DNA of 64,000 nucleotides from positions 32,001-96,000 of the IMG/VR virus record IMGVR_UViG_3300011113_000664, one strand, 5' to 3'. Position 1 is the stretch's first letter, and the number at the start of each line of letters is the position of its first letter. Shown in pieces: positions 55,307 to 64,000 of this stretch. Position numbers and translations under genes: made by a program. The notes under the pieces were generated by a model. The model did no database searches. It saw only the letters and a program-made list of their open reading frames with translations, and was not told where the DNA came from. This DNA is from a virus.

Positions 55307-57675
55307 TAAAATATTTTAATTTTATCAAATAAATATTTAATTATGTGATTTTTATTTGAACCTGCTAAAGATTCATTTGTAGTGTTAGTATTATACTGCC
55401 CTAATAAAAAGTAACGCTCTCGTACATCATCCCCATTATCTTGATTTAAATAAAATAAACGACCAACTGATGGTGATTCACTATTAAGATAGTTAGCCTG
55501 TAACCCTCTTGCATTTGGGTCATCATAAGGTTGTTCAGAATTATCCTTTCTTGGATAATTTCCTTTTAACATATTATTTGGTATTTTAACACCCAATTGT
55601 GTAACTTCTACTGTATCTGTACCACCTGTCGCATTTATAATTGTTGCATTAAGTTTATAATCATATAAAAATAATAAATCTTCTTTGTTTACTTTAAAAA
55701 AATTTGTTTTTATTGTTTGTCCATTTGCTAATAAAAAAACTATATCTGTACTGTTATTTAAACCAATATCAGAGTTTCTTTTTATTTTTGCACCAATTCC
55801 ATCTGATACTTGGCTATTAGGTTTTGACCTTAATGGTACTGCTTGCGCTCCATAATATACATAACTATCACTACTTAGTAGATAAGTACCAGTACCAAAA
55901 TTTATAAAATATAAAGAAAAATTCATCCATTGACTTTTTAGGGAAAATTGATAATAAAGAAAATTATCACCAAAAGTAGTATTAAAAGGACTCCTTCCTG
56001 CTTTAATATGATTATAAAAATTTAAATATTCAGGAAATAATATATTTGAATTAGGTTTATAATCATTTTGATTGGATATAAAAGATTTTGGAGTATAGCC
56101 AAAATTTAATATATTAGTTTGTATGTTTGTTTTTTCATCATTTAATGCTAAAGCAACACCTCTTGTTTCATTATATTGGGTTATACCATAAATTTCACCA
56201 AAATCAAATTTAAAATGTTTCCATATCCAAGGTCTTCTTATTGGATTAGTGGTTGCATTTTCATTATAACCATAAAGTTGGGGAACTTTAAGTTTTATTG
56301 TTTTAATATTAGGGGCTGGTTGATAATTAGTTGTATCAAACCAAAAATAACCTCTAAAAGCGGTAAAAAGACCTAACTCATTATCATCATTTACTGAAAC
56401 TATTTCACCAAATTCATTTGTTATAATTTTATTTCTATCACAAGGTAGTAATACAACTAAATTACCGTTTTCTTTAAAAACAGTATATTTAGAATTGTCT
56501 AAAATTGCAATATCATTATCATAATCATATTTATCATATATTGAATTAAAAGTAGTATTTTCATAATTGTTAAGTATTTCTGCATCCATATCTGAAACTG
56601 TGTTTTTGATTGTAAAAACTCTTAAATCAAAATCACCTTTAACATGAAGTCTTATTTGTGAATCATTAGCCAATTCATTTGTTGGTGTAAAATCTCCACT
56701 ATCATCACCACTAAATCCATTTGAGTCTGTTAAACCAGCATTTTCATCACTAAAATTTGGAATTGGGTTTCTACTACCTTGCCAATAATGATTGGGATTC
56801 ATAGTAAAATAATTACTTATTACAGTAACAAATGGTTTTACTGATTTAATCAAATTAAAATCTAATCTATTAATTCCAACATTTGTATTATTTATATTTT
56901 GTGACCATAAAGGTTTGACTGTAATTGTTTTATTCTGTATATCAATATTTGGAAGTTCTTCTAATGGTATATCAGGATTCATTGACCCACCATCTTCTGT
57001 AAAAAAAATATCAGGATATCCTTCAGATTTTAAAATTGCAGGTGATGTTGAAAACACACCAATATCAGTAACATCACAAGACATATTAACTGTATATGTT
57101 TTATTTGATGGTACAACTAAAATATAATCACCACTTTCATTTGTAGTGGTAGAATATTTATAATATTTATCAAAAACATATGCAAGAGTTTCATTTGTTA
57201 TTATCTCTTCTTTTTCAGGAAATGTACCAACAGGGCTTTTTGGTGTAACACCTATTCCTAAATCATTTTCAGGAAAACCATTAAATCCTCTAAATCTTCT
57301 GTATTTTGGTAAAAGATTGTAAATTTTTCCATTTCCATCTTTATCATAAACTGTTTGAAAAGGATATATGGCTGCTGCTTCTATTTTTTTAATATCATCT
57401 AATCTTGTTGGGTTAGCAATAGTTTCTTCTTCGGAAGAAATAAAAACCGAAATTCTACAATTTGGTATTCCAACACCTCTACCTAAAACTCTTCCAACTA
57501 TAATCCCATAATCAGCATCAAATAATCTATAAATATCTTTTTGAAAGATTTTTAAAGATAAAATATCCAAAGATTCATAAGTTTGGTCAAGATTAACATT
57601 TAAAAACTTATCACCAATATCTGTCCTAACTCTCAAAGACTTATGGTTTACATTATCAGAATTTATAAAATTCAT
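55306..57675 (-). CDS. Putative baseplate/tail structural protein
   Basis: YGIIVGRV...GIPNCRISVF, TTTNESGDY; late motif upstream. Confidence 0.7.
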   Translation of the reverse strand: MNFINSDNVNHKSLRVRTDIGDKFLNVNLDQTYESLDILSLKIFQKDIYRLFDADYGIIVGRVLGRGVGIPNCRISVFISSEEETIANPTRLDDIKKIEAAAIYPFQTVYDKDGNGKIYNLLPKYRRFRGFNGFPENDLGIGVTPKSPVGTFPEKEEIITNETLAYVFDKYYKYSTTTNESGDYILVVPSNKTYTVNMSCDVTDIGVFSTSPAILKSEGYPDIFFTEDGGSMNPDIPLEELPNIDIQNKTITVKPLWSQNINNTNVGINRLDFNLIKSVKPFVTVISNYFTMNPNHYWQGSRNPIPNFSDENAGLTDSNGFSGDDSGDFTPTNELANDSQIRLHVKGDFDLRVFTIKNTVSDMDAEILNNYENTTFNSIYDKYDYDNDIAILDNSKYTVFKENGNLVVLLPCDRNKIITNEFGEIVSVNDDNELGLFTAFRGYFWFDTTNYQPAPNIKTIKLKVPQLYGYNENATTNPIRRPWIWKHFKFDFGEIYGITQYNETRGVALALNDEKTNIQTNILNFGYTPKSFISNQNDYKPNSNILFPEYLNFYNHIKAGRSPFNTTFGDNFLYYQFSLKSQWMNFSLYFINFGTGTYLLSSDSYVYYGAQAVPLRSKPNSQVSDGIGAKIKRNSDIGLNNSTDIVFLLANGQTIKTNFFKVNKEDLLFLYDYKLNATIINATGGTDTVEVTQLGVKIPNNMLKGNYPRKDNSEQPYDDPNARGLQANYLNSESPSVGRLFYLNQDNGDDVRERYFLLGQYNTNTTNESLAGSNKNHIIKYLFDKIKIF

Positions 57676-57694
57676 ATTTCTAAAGATACTTTTT

Positions 57695-57720
57695 AATAAA
57701 TAGTTCTTAACTATTTATAA
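57695..57720. promoter_or_regulatory. Back-to-back late promoters (ACTATTTAT on both strands)
   Basis: AATAAATAGTT-ctt-AACTATTTATA between divergent structural genes. Confidence 0.75.
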
Positions 57721-57733
57721 AAAATTGATTTAA

Positions 57734-60700
57734 GTGGCAAAAAAAATAAAATATGTTGGTAGTACACCTGTAAATAAAGATTCACAACCTTCATTTTCAA
57801 ACTTCAATGATACTTTTCAAACTACCATTTTTAATGGTGATATTGGTTTATCTACTAAATTTACAACCAATGAAACTATAAAAAGAGAAAGTAGGATTAT
57901 TGTAACACAGAAAAATGTAACATTAAGTGATTTAAAAATTTCAAATTTAGACCAATTAAATAAATTTGTTAACCTTACAAATAAACTAAAACTTAATAAT
58001 GATAAAACAAATTTATCAAGTTATGCAGTTTATGGTTCATTAAAAGAAAAATATAGAATTACTGTAAATAATGTCATAAATAAATTTGTTGGTGGTTTAT
58101 TTATGAATTCATATCTTAGTGGAACACCATATAATACTTTATTAGATTATACATATGATGATATTACAGAAATATCCACATTTAGAATTCCTATAACAGT
58201 TGTTGAAAATCCATTTTTTATAAATTTAAGCACATTTAATTCAAATGAGTCATTAAATATTGATAATCTTATTACAAGATATCAAGATTATGTTTTAACA
58301 TATAATGATGTTAATTATCATATAAATGGTTTTACAGGTTTTACTAGTGGTAATTCAGCTTATTTATATTTTAGTGTAAATGATAATCCATTTTCAGGAA
58401 ATTCTACACCACAAAATATTGGTTATGATTTTTTAATTAAACCAAATGATATTGAATTTAATAAATTTTATGATTCGTTAAGTGAACTTGAAAGATATTT
58501 TTTAAATAAAAATTCAACCCCAAAATATAGTTTTTCTTTTAAAATACCTAAAGTCGATGAAGATGGTAATTTGACTTTTTCTGAATATGTATTTAACTTT
58601 CCAATAAGATATGATGGTTATAATTTGGATACTGAATCCATAAGTTATGTTGTATTTTTGGAAAAATTATTTGAGATTGGTGATTTATATGATGAATATA
58701 AATCAAATTTAATTTTAAGGAAATTAATTCCAAAAACATTACTTGATTTGGATATAACCAATCCATATAAATCTGAATCAATATTTAAGATTTATGGAAA
58801 GGAAATTGATGAAATAAAAATGTTCATTGATTCTTTAATGAACATTAATGCCACATCATATGATAAAGTAAATAATATTCCCGATGCATTAATTAAGAAT
58901 TTAGCAAAAACTTTAAGTTGGAATGGTAAAAATATAATTACTAGTAACGATTTAGCATCATCTATTTTTGCAAATGACAATGCAGGTGGTACTAATCAAA
59001 CAGCATCATTAGCAGAAGTTGATATAGAAATTTGGAGAAGAATTGTTATTAATACCGCTTGGTTTATGAAATCAAAAGGTACAAGAAAAGTTCTTGAAGC
59101 AATATTTAGTTTTATTGGCGCACCTGAATGTTTATCTGTTATTAATGAATATATTTATGTGGTTGATGGTAAAATTAATCCAAGTAATGTTGACCCAAGT
59201 ATTTTAATTGATACAGGAACAACTCAAACAATACCAATTCCTTATGATGAAGATGGTTATCCTATTGCCCCAATTCCTACATCTAGTATTTATTTTCAAA
59301 ATAATGGTAATGAGGATAGTGGTCAATTTTATATTAATCTTTATAGAAAACTTGGTTTTAATATAACAAAAACTATTGATAATAAAAAATCTTGGGTTTA
59401 CTATGAAACTGCCAATACACATTCTTCTACAGGAAGAAACACATATTATGAAGTAAATGATTCAAGATTAATAATAAACACAAAAGAAATTTCAGTAAAT
59501 TTAGATATTGCTAATGCGATTGAATGTGATGTATATAATTTCAATAAAATAAATAATTATCCTGTTACAGATACAGGTAGAACAATACCTTACCCACAAA
59601 GAGAAACAAATAAATTTAATGCTAATTCATTAACTTTTGCACAATACGTTGATAGAATTTATTCCACATTCATAAACGCTCAAAATAGAAAAGTTAGCGA
59701 TTCAGCAATTGGTTCTTATTATCCATCATTAACAAAACTTTATTATGATTATCTAAACGAATCTTTTAATGATATTGGTGTAGAATCTAACAAAAGAAGA
59801 TTCAGAGAGTTAATGAAATATGTTGATAATATTGATGGTATATTCAATGATTTTGTTGAACAATTTATTCCTGCAACGGCTATACTTATTGATAAAGGTG
59901 TAAAAATTAGAAATACTATATTTACTCCTCAAAAATTTGTTTATAAACAAGGTATTGATGATGGTTCTGAATTTGAAGGTGCTGTAAAAGGTAAAGAAGA
60001 AAATCCAAAACAAAATGTAGTAATAATTGAAACAGAGTTTTTTGATACATATGAAGATAGTATAAATGTCGCTACAATTTCAACTGAGGTTGCAAGTAGT
60101 AATTCAGGTAGTATTGATACTCCTACATATGGAGAAACTACTACTACTAAAAATATACAACCTGTTTGGGATGGTGTTATTTGTGAAAATGAAGCACCAA
60201 GTTTTGCTATCACAGGTGCAACCAAAATAGAATTATCAAGTTTAACTAATAATGAAATTTTTAATAAGACAACAGGAACAACACATACATTAACTTTTAA
60301 TTTCACATCTGCAACTGAAACATTATCGGCATCTACAACAGAATTTTATTTTAACATACATCAATATGATAAATTACCAAGTGTATTAGGTTTTAGTGAT
60401 ACATCAATATATACTTTTAGTGCTTCATCAACCGCATTTACAACATCATCCACAATAAGTGTTGATATACCTTCTTCTGTTTTAAGTTGTGATTCTGAAT
60501 ATATTATAAAACCTTATTTTAAAATAAATACTTGTGCAGAATCGGGGCAAACATTTACAGCTTCAAGCCCATACACAATGTATGAAAGATTCCTTTATAA
60601 TGAATATTATAATTTTTATCCAACTAATTTAGTTGAAAGATTTTTTGATTATACTAAATTTAAATTATCAACAGGATTAACTGTTTCAACATTAATACCT

Positions 60701-61660
60701 AATAGTCAATATACACCATTATTTAGGAATTATAACACTAGCTATGATTATTATTTTATTTCTTTATGTGATGCACCACAACCTTTATTTAATTTCTTTG
60801 GTATAGGTTTTGAAACACAAGGCTTAATAACTGAAACAATACCTGTTAATAGTACAAATTTTACAAATTTTAATGTATCATTTAAACCAATTGGTGATAT
60901 AATTCTCGCTGTTAATGGTGTTACAATATTAAAAGACCTTGAATATAGTGCTGAAACATCAACATTAATACCACCATCAATAAGGGATTTAAGTTTTAAT
61001 CTTACCAATCCATTAACATCTGAATATAATGATGTATTAACTGTTAGTTATTATAAAAATTCAGATAATGGACAAAAATTAATTAAAGAAAATTTTGAAT
61101 ATACAGCTTCAACAAATATTTCATCAACAGGTATAAATTTTTATATTGATTTAACATATCAATTAGCAGGTGGAGATGTTGTTGTATATTGGAATGGTCT
61201 TATGTTATCTCAAGGCTCTGATTATACTTTTTCAACTTTAAATGGTAATAGAATTATTTTGAATTCTACAATATCCCTTATCAATGGTGATTTTATATCT
61301 GTAGTTTATTTTACACCTTTAACAACATCAATTGCAATTGTAAATTTAACAGGTAGTTCTATATCTTGGAATATTAATACATTAATATCTGATAATGCTA
61401 CAGGTAATTTTATACACGAATTCTATGATTTATCTAACACAGGTTTAACAGGTACAAGTTTATATTCATTAAATACTACTTATCAATATAATACATATAG
61501 TTTTTCACAAGCATTTGATTGGGCAAATTCGCCACCATTAATAGTTGGACAAATTTATAACTATAGAATAAAATCAGAAAAATATTTTAAAACAATAAAT
61601 AATATTGGGTTTACATCAACAACTTATAGTAATGCTATAAAAGTTAAATTACCTACTTAA
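57734..61660 (+). CDS. Baseplate wedge-like protein
   Basis: LAKTLSW, IWRRIVIN..FMKSKGTRK, VEQFIPAT; C-terminal beta repeats VYWNGLML..GSDY. Confidence 0.65.
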   Translation: MAKKIKYVGSTPVNKDSQPSFSNFNDTFQTTIFNGDIGLSTKFTTNETIKRESRIIVTQKNVTLSDLKISNLDQLNKFVNLTNKLKLNNDKTNLSSYAVYGSLKEKYRITVNNVINKFVGGLFMNSYLSGTPYNTLLDYTYDDITEISTFRIPITVVENPFFINLSTFNSNESLNIDNLITRYQDYVLTYNDVNYHINGFTGFTSGNSAYLYFSVNDNPFSGNSTPQNIGYDFLIKPNDIEFNKFYDSLSELERYFLNKNSTPKYSFSFKIPKVDEDGNLTFSEYVFNFPIRYDGYNLDTESISYVVFLEKLFEIGDLYDEYKSNLILRKLIPKTLLDLDITNPYKSESIFKIYGKEIDEIKMFIDSLMNINATSYDKVNNIPDALIKNLAKTLSWNGKNIITSNDLASSIFANDNAGGTNQTASLAEVDIEIWRRIVINTAWFMKSKGTRKVLEAIFSFIGAPECLSVINEYIYVVDGKINPSNVDPSILIDTGTTQTIPIPYDEDGYPIAPIPTSSIYFQNNGNEDSGQFYINLYRKLGFNITKTIDNKKSWVYYETANTHSSTGRNTYYEVNDSRLIINTKEISVNLDIANAIECDVYNFNKINNYPVTDTGRTIPYPQRETNKFNANSLTFAQYVDRIYSTFINAQNRKVSDSAIGSYYPSLTKLYYDYLNESFNDIGVESNKRRFRELMKYVDNIDGIFNDFVEQFIPATAILIDKGVKIRNTIFTPQKFVYKQGIDDGSEFEGAVKGKEENPKQNVVIIETEFFDTYEDSINVATISTEVASSNSGSIDTPTYGETTTTKNIQPVWDGVICENEAPSFAITGATKIELSSLTNNEIFNKTTGTTHTLTFNFTSATETLSASTTEFYFNIHQYDKLPSVLGFSDTSIYTFSASSTAFTTSSTISVDIPSSVLSCDSEYIIKPYFKINTCAESGQTFTASSPYTMYERFLYNEYYNFYPTNLVERFFDYTKFKLSTGLTVSTLIPNSQYTPLFRNYNTSYDYYFISLCDAPQPLFNFFGIGFETQGLITETIPVNSTNFTNFNVSFKPIGDIILAVNGVTILKDLEYSAETSTLIPPSIRDLSFNLTNPLTSEYNDVLTVSYYKNSDNGQKLIKENFEYTASTNISSTGINFYIDLTYQLAGGDVVVYWNGLMLSQGSDYTFSTLNGNRIILNSTISLINGDFISVVYFTPLTTSIAIVNLTGSSISWNINTLISDNATGNFIHEFYDLSNTGLTGTSLYSLNTTYQYNTYSFSQAFDWANSPPLIVGQIYNYRIKSEKYFKTINNIGFTSTTYSNAIKVKLPT

Positions 61661-61661
61661 T

Positions 61662-62609
61662 ATGAGTGAATTAACATACGGAAAAAATTTTCAAAAAAGT
61701 TCATTTGGTACGAATGTTCCTTTAACAATAAATAAAAATATTTATGTTGCTAAAGTTATTGATGTTAAAGATGATAAAAATGTTGGTAGAATTAAAGTTT
61801 ATATTGATGGTTTGGACCATTCAAATATTAATTTACCTTATGCTTATCCATTAATGTCAAGAATAATACATGTAATGCCACAAGTTGGTGAACTTGTTTT
61901 AGTATTCTTTGCCGATGCAAAAAAAGAAAAAGAGAATCAAAAATATCAAAATAGATTTTGGATTGGCCCAATAATTACAAATTATGAACATGTAAATTTT
62001 GATAGTCAGGATGTGTTAAATTCTGCAACTAATATTTTAACATATACTAACTTATCTGACCCATTACAAACCAAATCAAAAAATAAAAAAAATACAGAAA
62101 GAGGGTTATTTCCAATTGATACTGAGACACCACCATTAGTAAATAATTTAAATGATATTACCATTGTTGGAAAAAACAACACAGATATTACTCAATCCGA
62201 TAATAAAATTAAATTAAGAGCAGGTAAACATAAAAAAAATAAACCAACTGAAACTAATACAAAAAATCCTGTTTATTCGGTATTAGAATTTATTGATGAA
62301 AATACATCTTATTCTCTAACCGCAGGTGATGAAATTTATTTAATTAGCCATAAAGGTCGATTTAGATTTAAAAAAACTTTAACAAATAAAGATATAGGTG
62401 ATTTAAAACAAAATGCTCAATCAATGCTCTATGGTGAACTAACTGTTCAATATTTAAAAGTTTTAACTGAAGTTTTTTTAAATCATATACATCAACATCC
62501 AAGTCAAGCACCAACATATGGTGCAACATCACCGTTTAAAATCGAAGATTTGAGAAGACAATTGCAAAACATTGAACAATTATTGGCAAAAAACATAAAA
62601 ATTAATTAA
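61662..62609 (+). CDS. Baseplate central spike (gp5/GpV-like)
   Basis: OB fold AKVIDVKDDKNVGRIKV, MPQVGELVLV; C-terminal HIHQH. Confidence 0.8.
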   Translation: MSELTYGKNFQKSSFGTNVPLTINKNIYVAKVIDVKDDKNVGRIKVYIDGLDHSNINLPYAYPLMSRIIHVMPQVGELVLVFFADAKKEKENQKYQNRFWIGPIITNYEHVNFDSQDVLNSATNILTYTNLSDPLQTKSKNKKNTERGLFPIDTETPPLVNNLNDITIVGKNNTDITQSDNKIKLRAGKHKKNKPTETNTKNPVYSVLEFIDENTSYSLTAGDEIYLISHKGRFRFKKTLTNKDIGDLKQNAQSMLYGELTVQYLKVLTEVFLNHIHQHPSQAPTYGATSPFKIEDLRRQLQNIEQLLAKNIKIN

Positions 62610-62649
62610 AGTTTGAAATAAAAAACTATTTATAATAAAATATTATAAA

Positions 62650-64000
62650 ATGGCAAATTTTAATTTCAAATCACCTAGCGTTAAATTTCAAGAAATAGAC
62701 AGAAGTTTCGCTTCAACCCCATCATTGGGGATAACATCAGTTGGTATGGTTGGTGAAACCTTGAAAGGGCCAGCTTTTTCACCTGTTTTGGTTACAACAA
62801 AAGCTGAATTTAGGAGATATTTTGGTGGAACATCTACCGAAAAATTTTCTAATGGGAAGATGAAATTCTTAGCACCAACTTATGCAAATTCATTTTTAGA
62901 AGAAGGTGACCAATTATATTTCACAAGAATTCTTGGAAAATCAGGATATAATGCAGGTAGAGGTTGGGCTATAACTGTTGGTGGTGCTTGTTTAGCATCA
63001 ACTTCAGCACAAACATCAACACTTTCAAGTTCCACAGGTACAACAACATTTAGTGGTTCAAATGTAGTAACATTTACTGCAAATTCTGTTAATTATAGTT
63101 TTTCAATTACAGGAAATGGAACATATGATAATGTTTCTAATATAACATTTGTAAGAAATAGTTCAGGAGTGTTTACTGCATCAAGTGCATTTGTAACAGT
63201 TTCTTCTTATTATAGTGCATCAACAACAAACATTAGTGGTTCTGCCACATTTACTTCTTTCACTTATACAGCACAGACAGACCAAACCTATGATAATATG
63301 GTTGTTGCTTTATTAAGAAGTAGAGGTACAGGTTTACGAGATGCAGCTACATTTAGGGTAAGTTCAGTAACAGGAACATTTACAGCCACTAATGGTAATC
63401 CACTTGCAAATTTTACATTAACCGCTGTAGGTGCAAGCGTATCAGAAAATTTACAGTTTAACTTGGATGTAACTTCTTCAAGTTATATTTCTAAAGCAAT
63501 GGGAAGTAAAAATTCAGATGCAAAGTCAAACTTATGGGTTGAAGCAGTTTATCCTGATTTAATTAGAAAACTTGCTACTGATGGTACTATTAGTGGTATT
63601 AATAATGTAGTTCCATTTACAAGTGGTACTTTTTCTGATTATACAGCGCAATATACAAATCCTGAAACACCTTGGATTGTTTCTGAAATTAATGGTAGTA
63701 ACATAACTAGATTGTTTAAATTTATTTCATATTCTGATGGTGATGCAGCAAATAAAGAAGTAAAAATTGCAATTGAAAATATTAATCCAACAACAAAAGA
63801 GTTTGATGTTGTGATTAGAGATTACAATGATACTGATGCAAATCCTTCAATTCTTGAAAGATTTGGAAGATGTACTATGAACCCTAATAGTAATAACTTT
63901 ATTATGAGAAGAATTGGTGGTGTTTATAGTAATGCTGATGAATCATTCTTAGAAGATGCAAGGTCTGCTTATGTTTATGTAAATGTTAATGTAAATGCAT
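62650..64000 (+). CDS. Tail sheath protein (gp18-like), 3' truncated
   Basis: MANFNFKSPSVKFQEIDRS...GMVGETLKGPAFSP; TPWIVSE, DGDAANKEVKIAI; late motif at 62625. Confidence 0.9.
   Translation, partial: MANFNFKSPSVKFQEIDRSFASTPSLGITSVGMVGETLKGPAFSPVLVTTKAEFRRYFGGTSTEKFSNGKMKFLAPTYANSFLEEGDQLYFTRILGKSGYNAGRGWAITVGGACLASTSAQTSTLSSSTGTTTFSGSNVVTFTANSVNYSFSITGNGTYDNVSNITFVRNSSGVFTASSAFVTVSSYYSASTTNISGSATFTSFTYTAQTDQTYDNMVVALLRSRGTGLRDAATFRVSSVTGTFTATNGNPLANFTLTAVGASVSENLQFNLDVTSSSYISKAMGSKNSDAKSNLWVEAVYPDLIRKLATDGTISGINNVVPFTSGTFSDYTAQYTNPETPWIVSEINGSNITRLFKFISYSDGDAANKEVKIAIENINPTTKEFDVVIRDYNDTDANPSILERFGRCTMNPNSNNFIMRRIGGVYSNADESFLEDARSAYVYVNVNVNA

Noticed and set aside
1-64000. Stop-codon reassignment as in some Bacteroidota phages
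   Set aside because: Core genes are full length in the standard code, and TAA, TAG and TGA all end genes at expected positions

Overview
This window is 64 kb of a large, AT-rich lytic myovirus with a T4-superfamily head module, read in the standard genetic code. The host is very probably Bacteroidota, based on TAnnTTTG -7 promoters, leaderless starts, no Shine-Dalgarno sites and Q-rule signal peptides. (1) 1-6.5 kb is a GC-richer island of short cassettes. Each is driven by one of 12 copies of a TGTAAG-N13-TTTGATATA promoter and most close with an intrinsic terminator. Three promoter copies point at small antisense non-coding units. The island ends in an ECF-sigma-like gene and a G/C-tract element at the strand switch. 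(2) 6.6-22.9 kb holds mostly minus-strand accessory and metabolic genes: AsnRS-like catalytic domain, GIY-YIG endonuclease, thioredoxin, M15 peptidase, metallophosphoesterase, PcfJ-like, MazG-like and ThyX. It also has a tRNA operon with one canonical tRNA-Leu and two tRNA-like RNAs with enlarged anticodon arms. A tandemly amplified cassette here fuses a constant leader (MKKVRITESQLRGLVRRMIKEE) to unrelated cargos. (3) 22.9-41 kb has a tail/baseplate protein, PolB, an IMPDH/GMPR-family enzyme, and putative internal head polyproteins punctuated by L/I-x-E sites, including a CCA-adding/HD/DUF5661-like/NTase fusion. (4) 41-64 kb has terminase, portal, prohead protease, scaffold, major capsid, neck, baseplate, spike and a partial tail sheath. 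All family calls are motif recognition by eye; no database searches were run.
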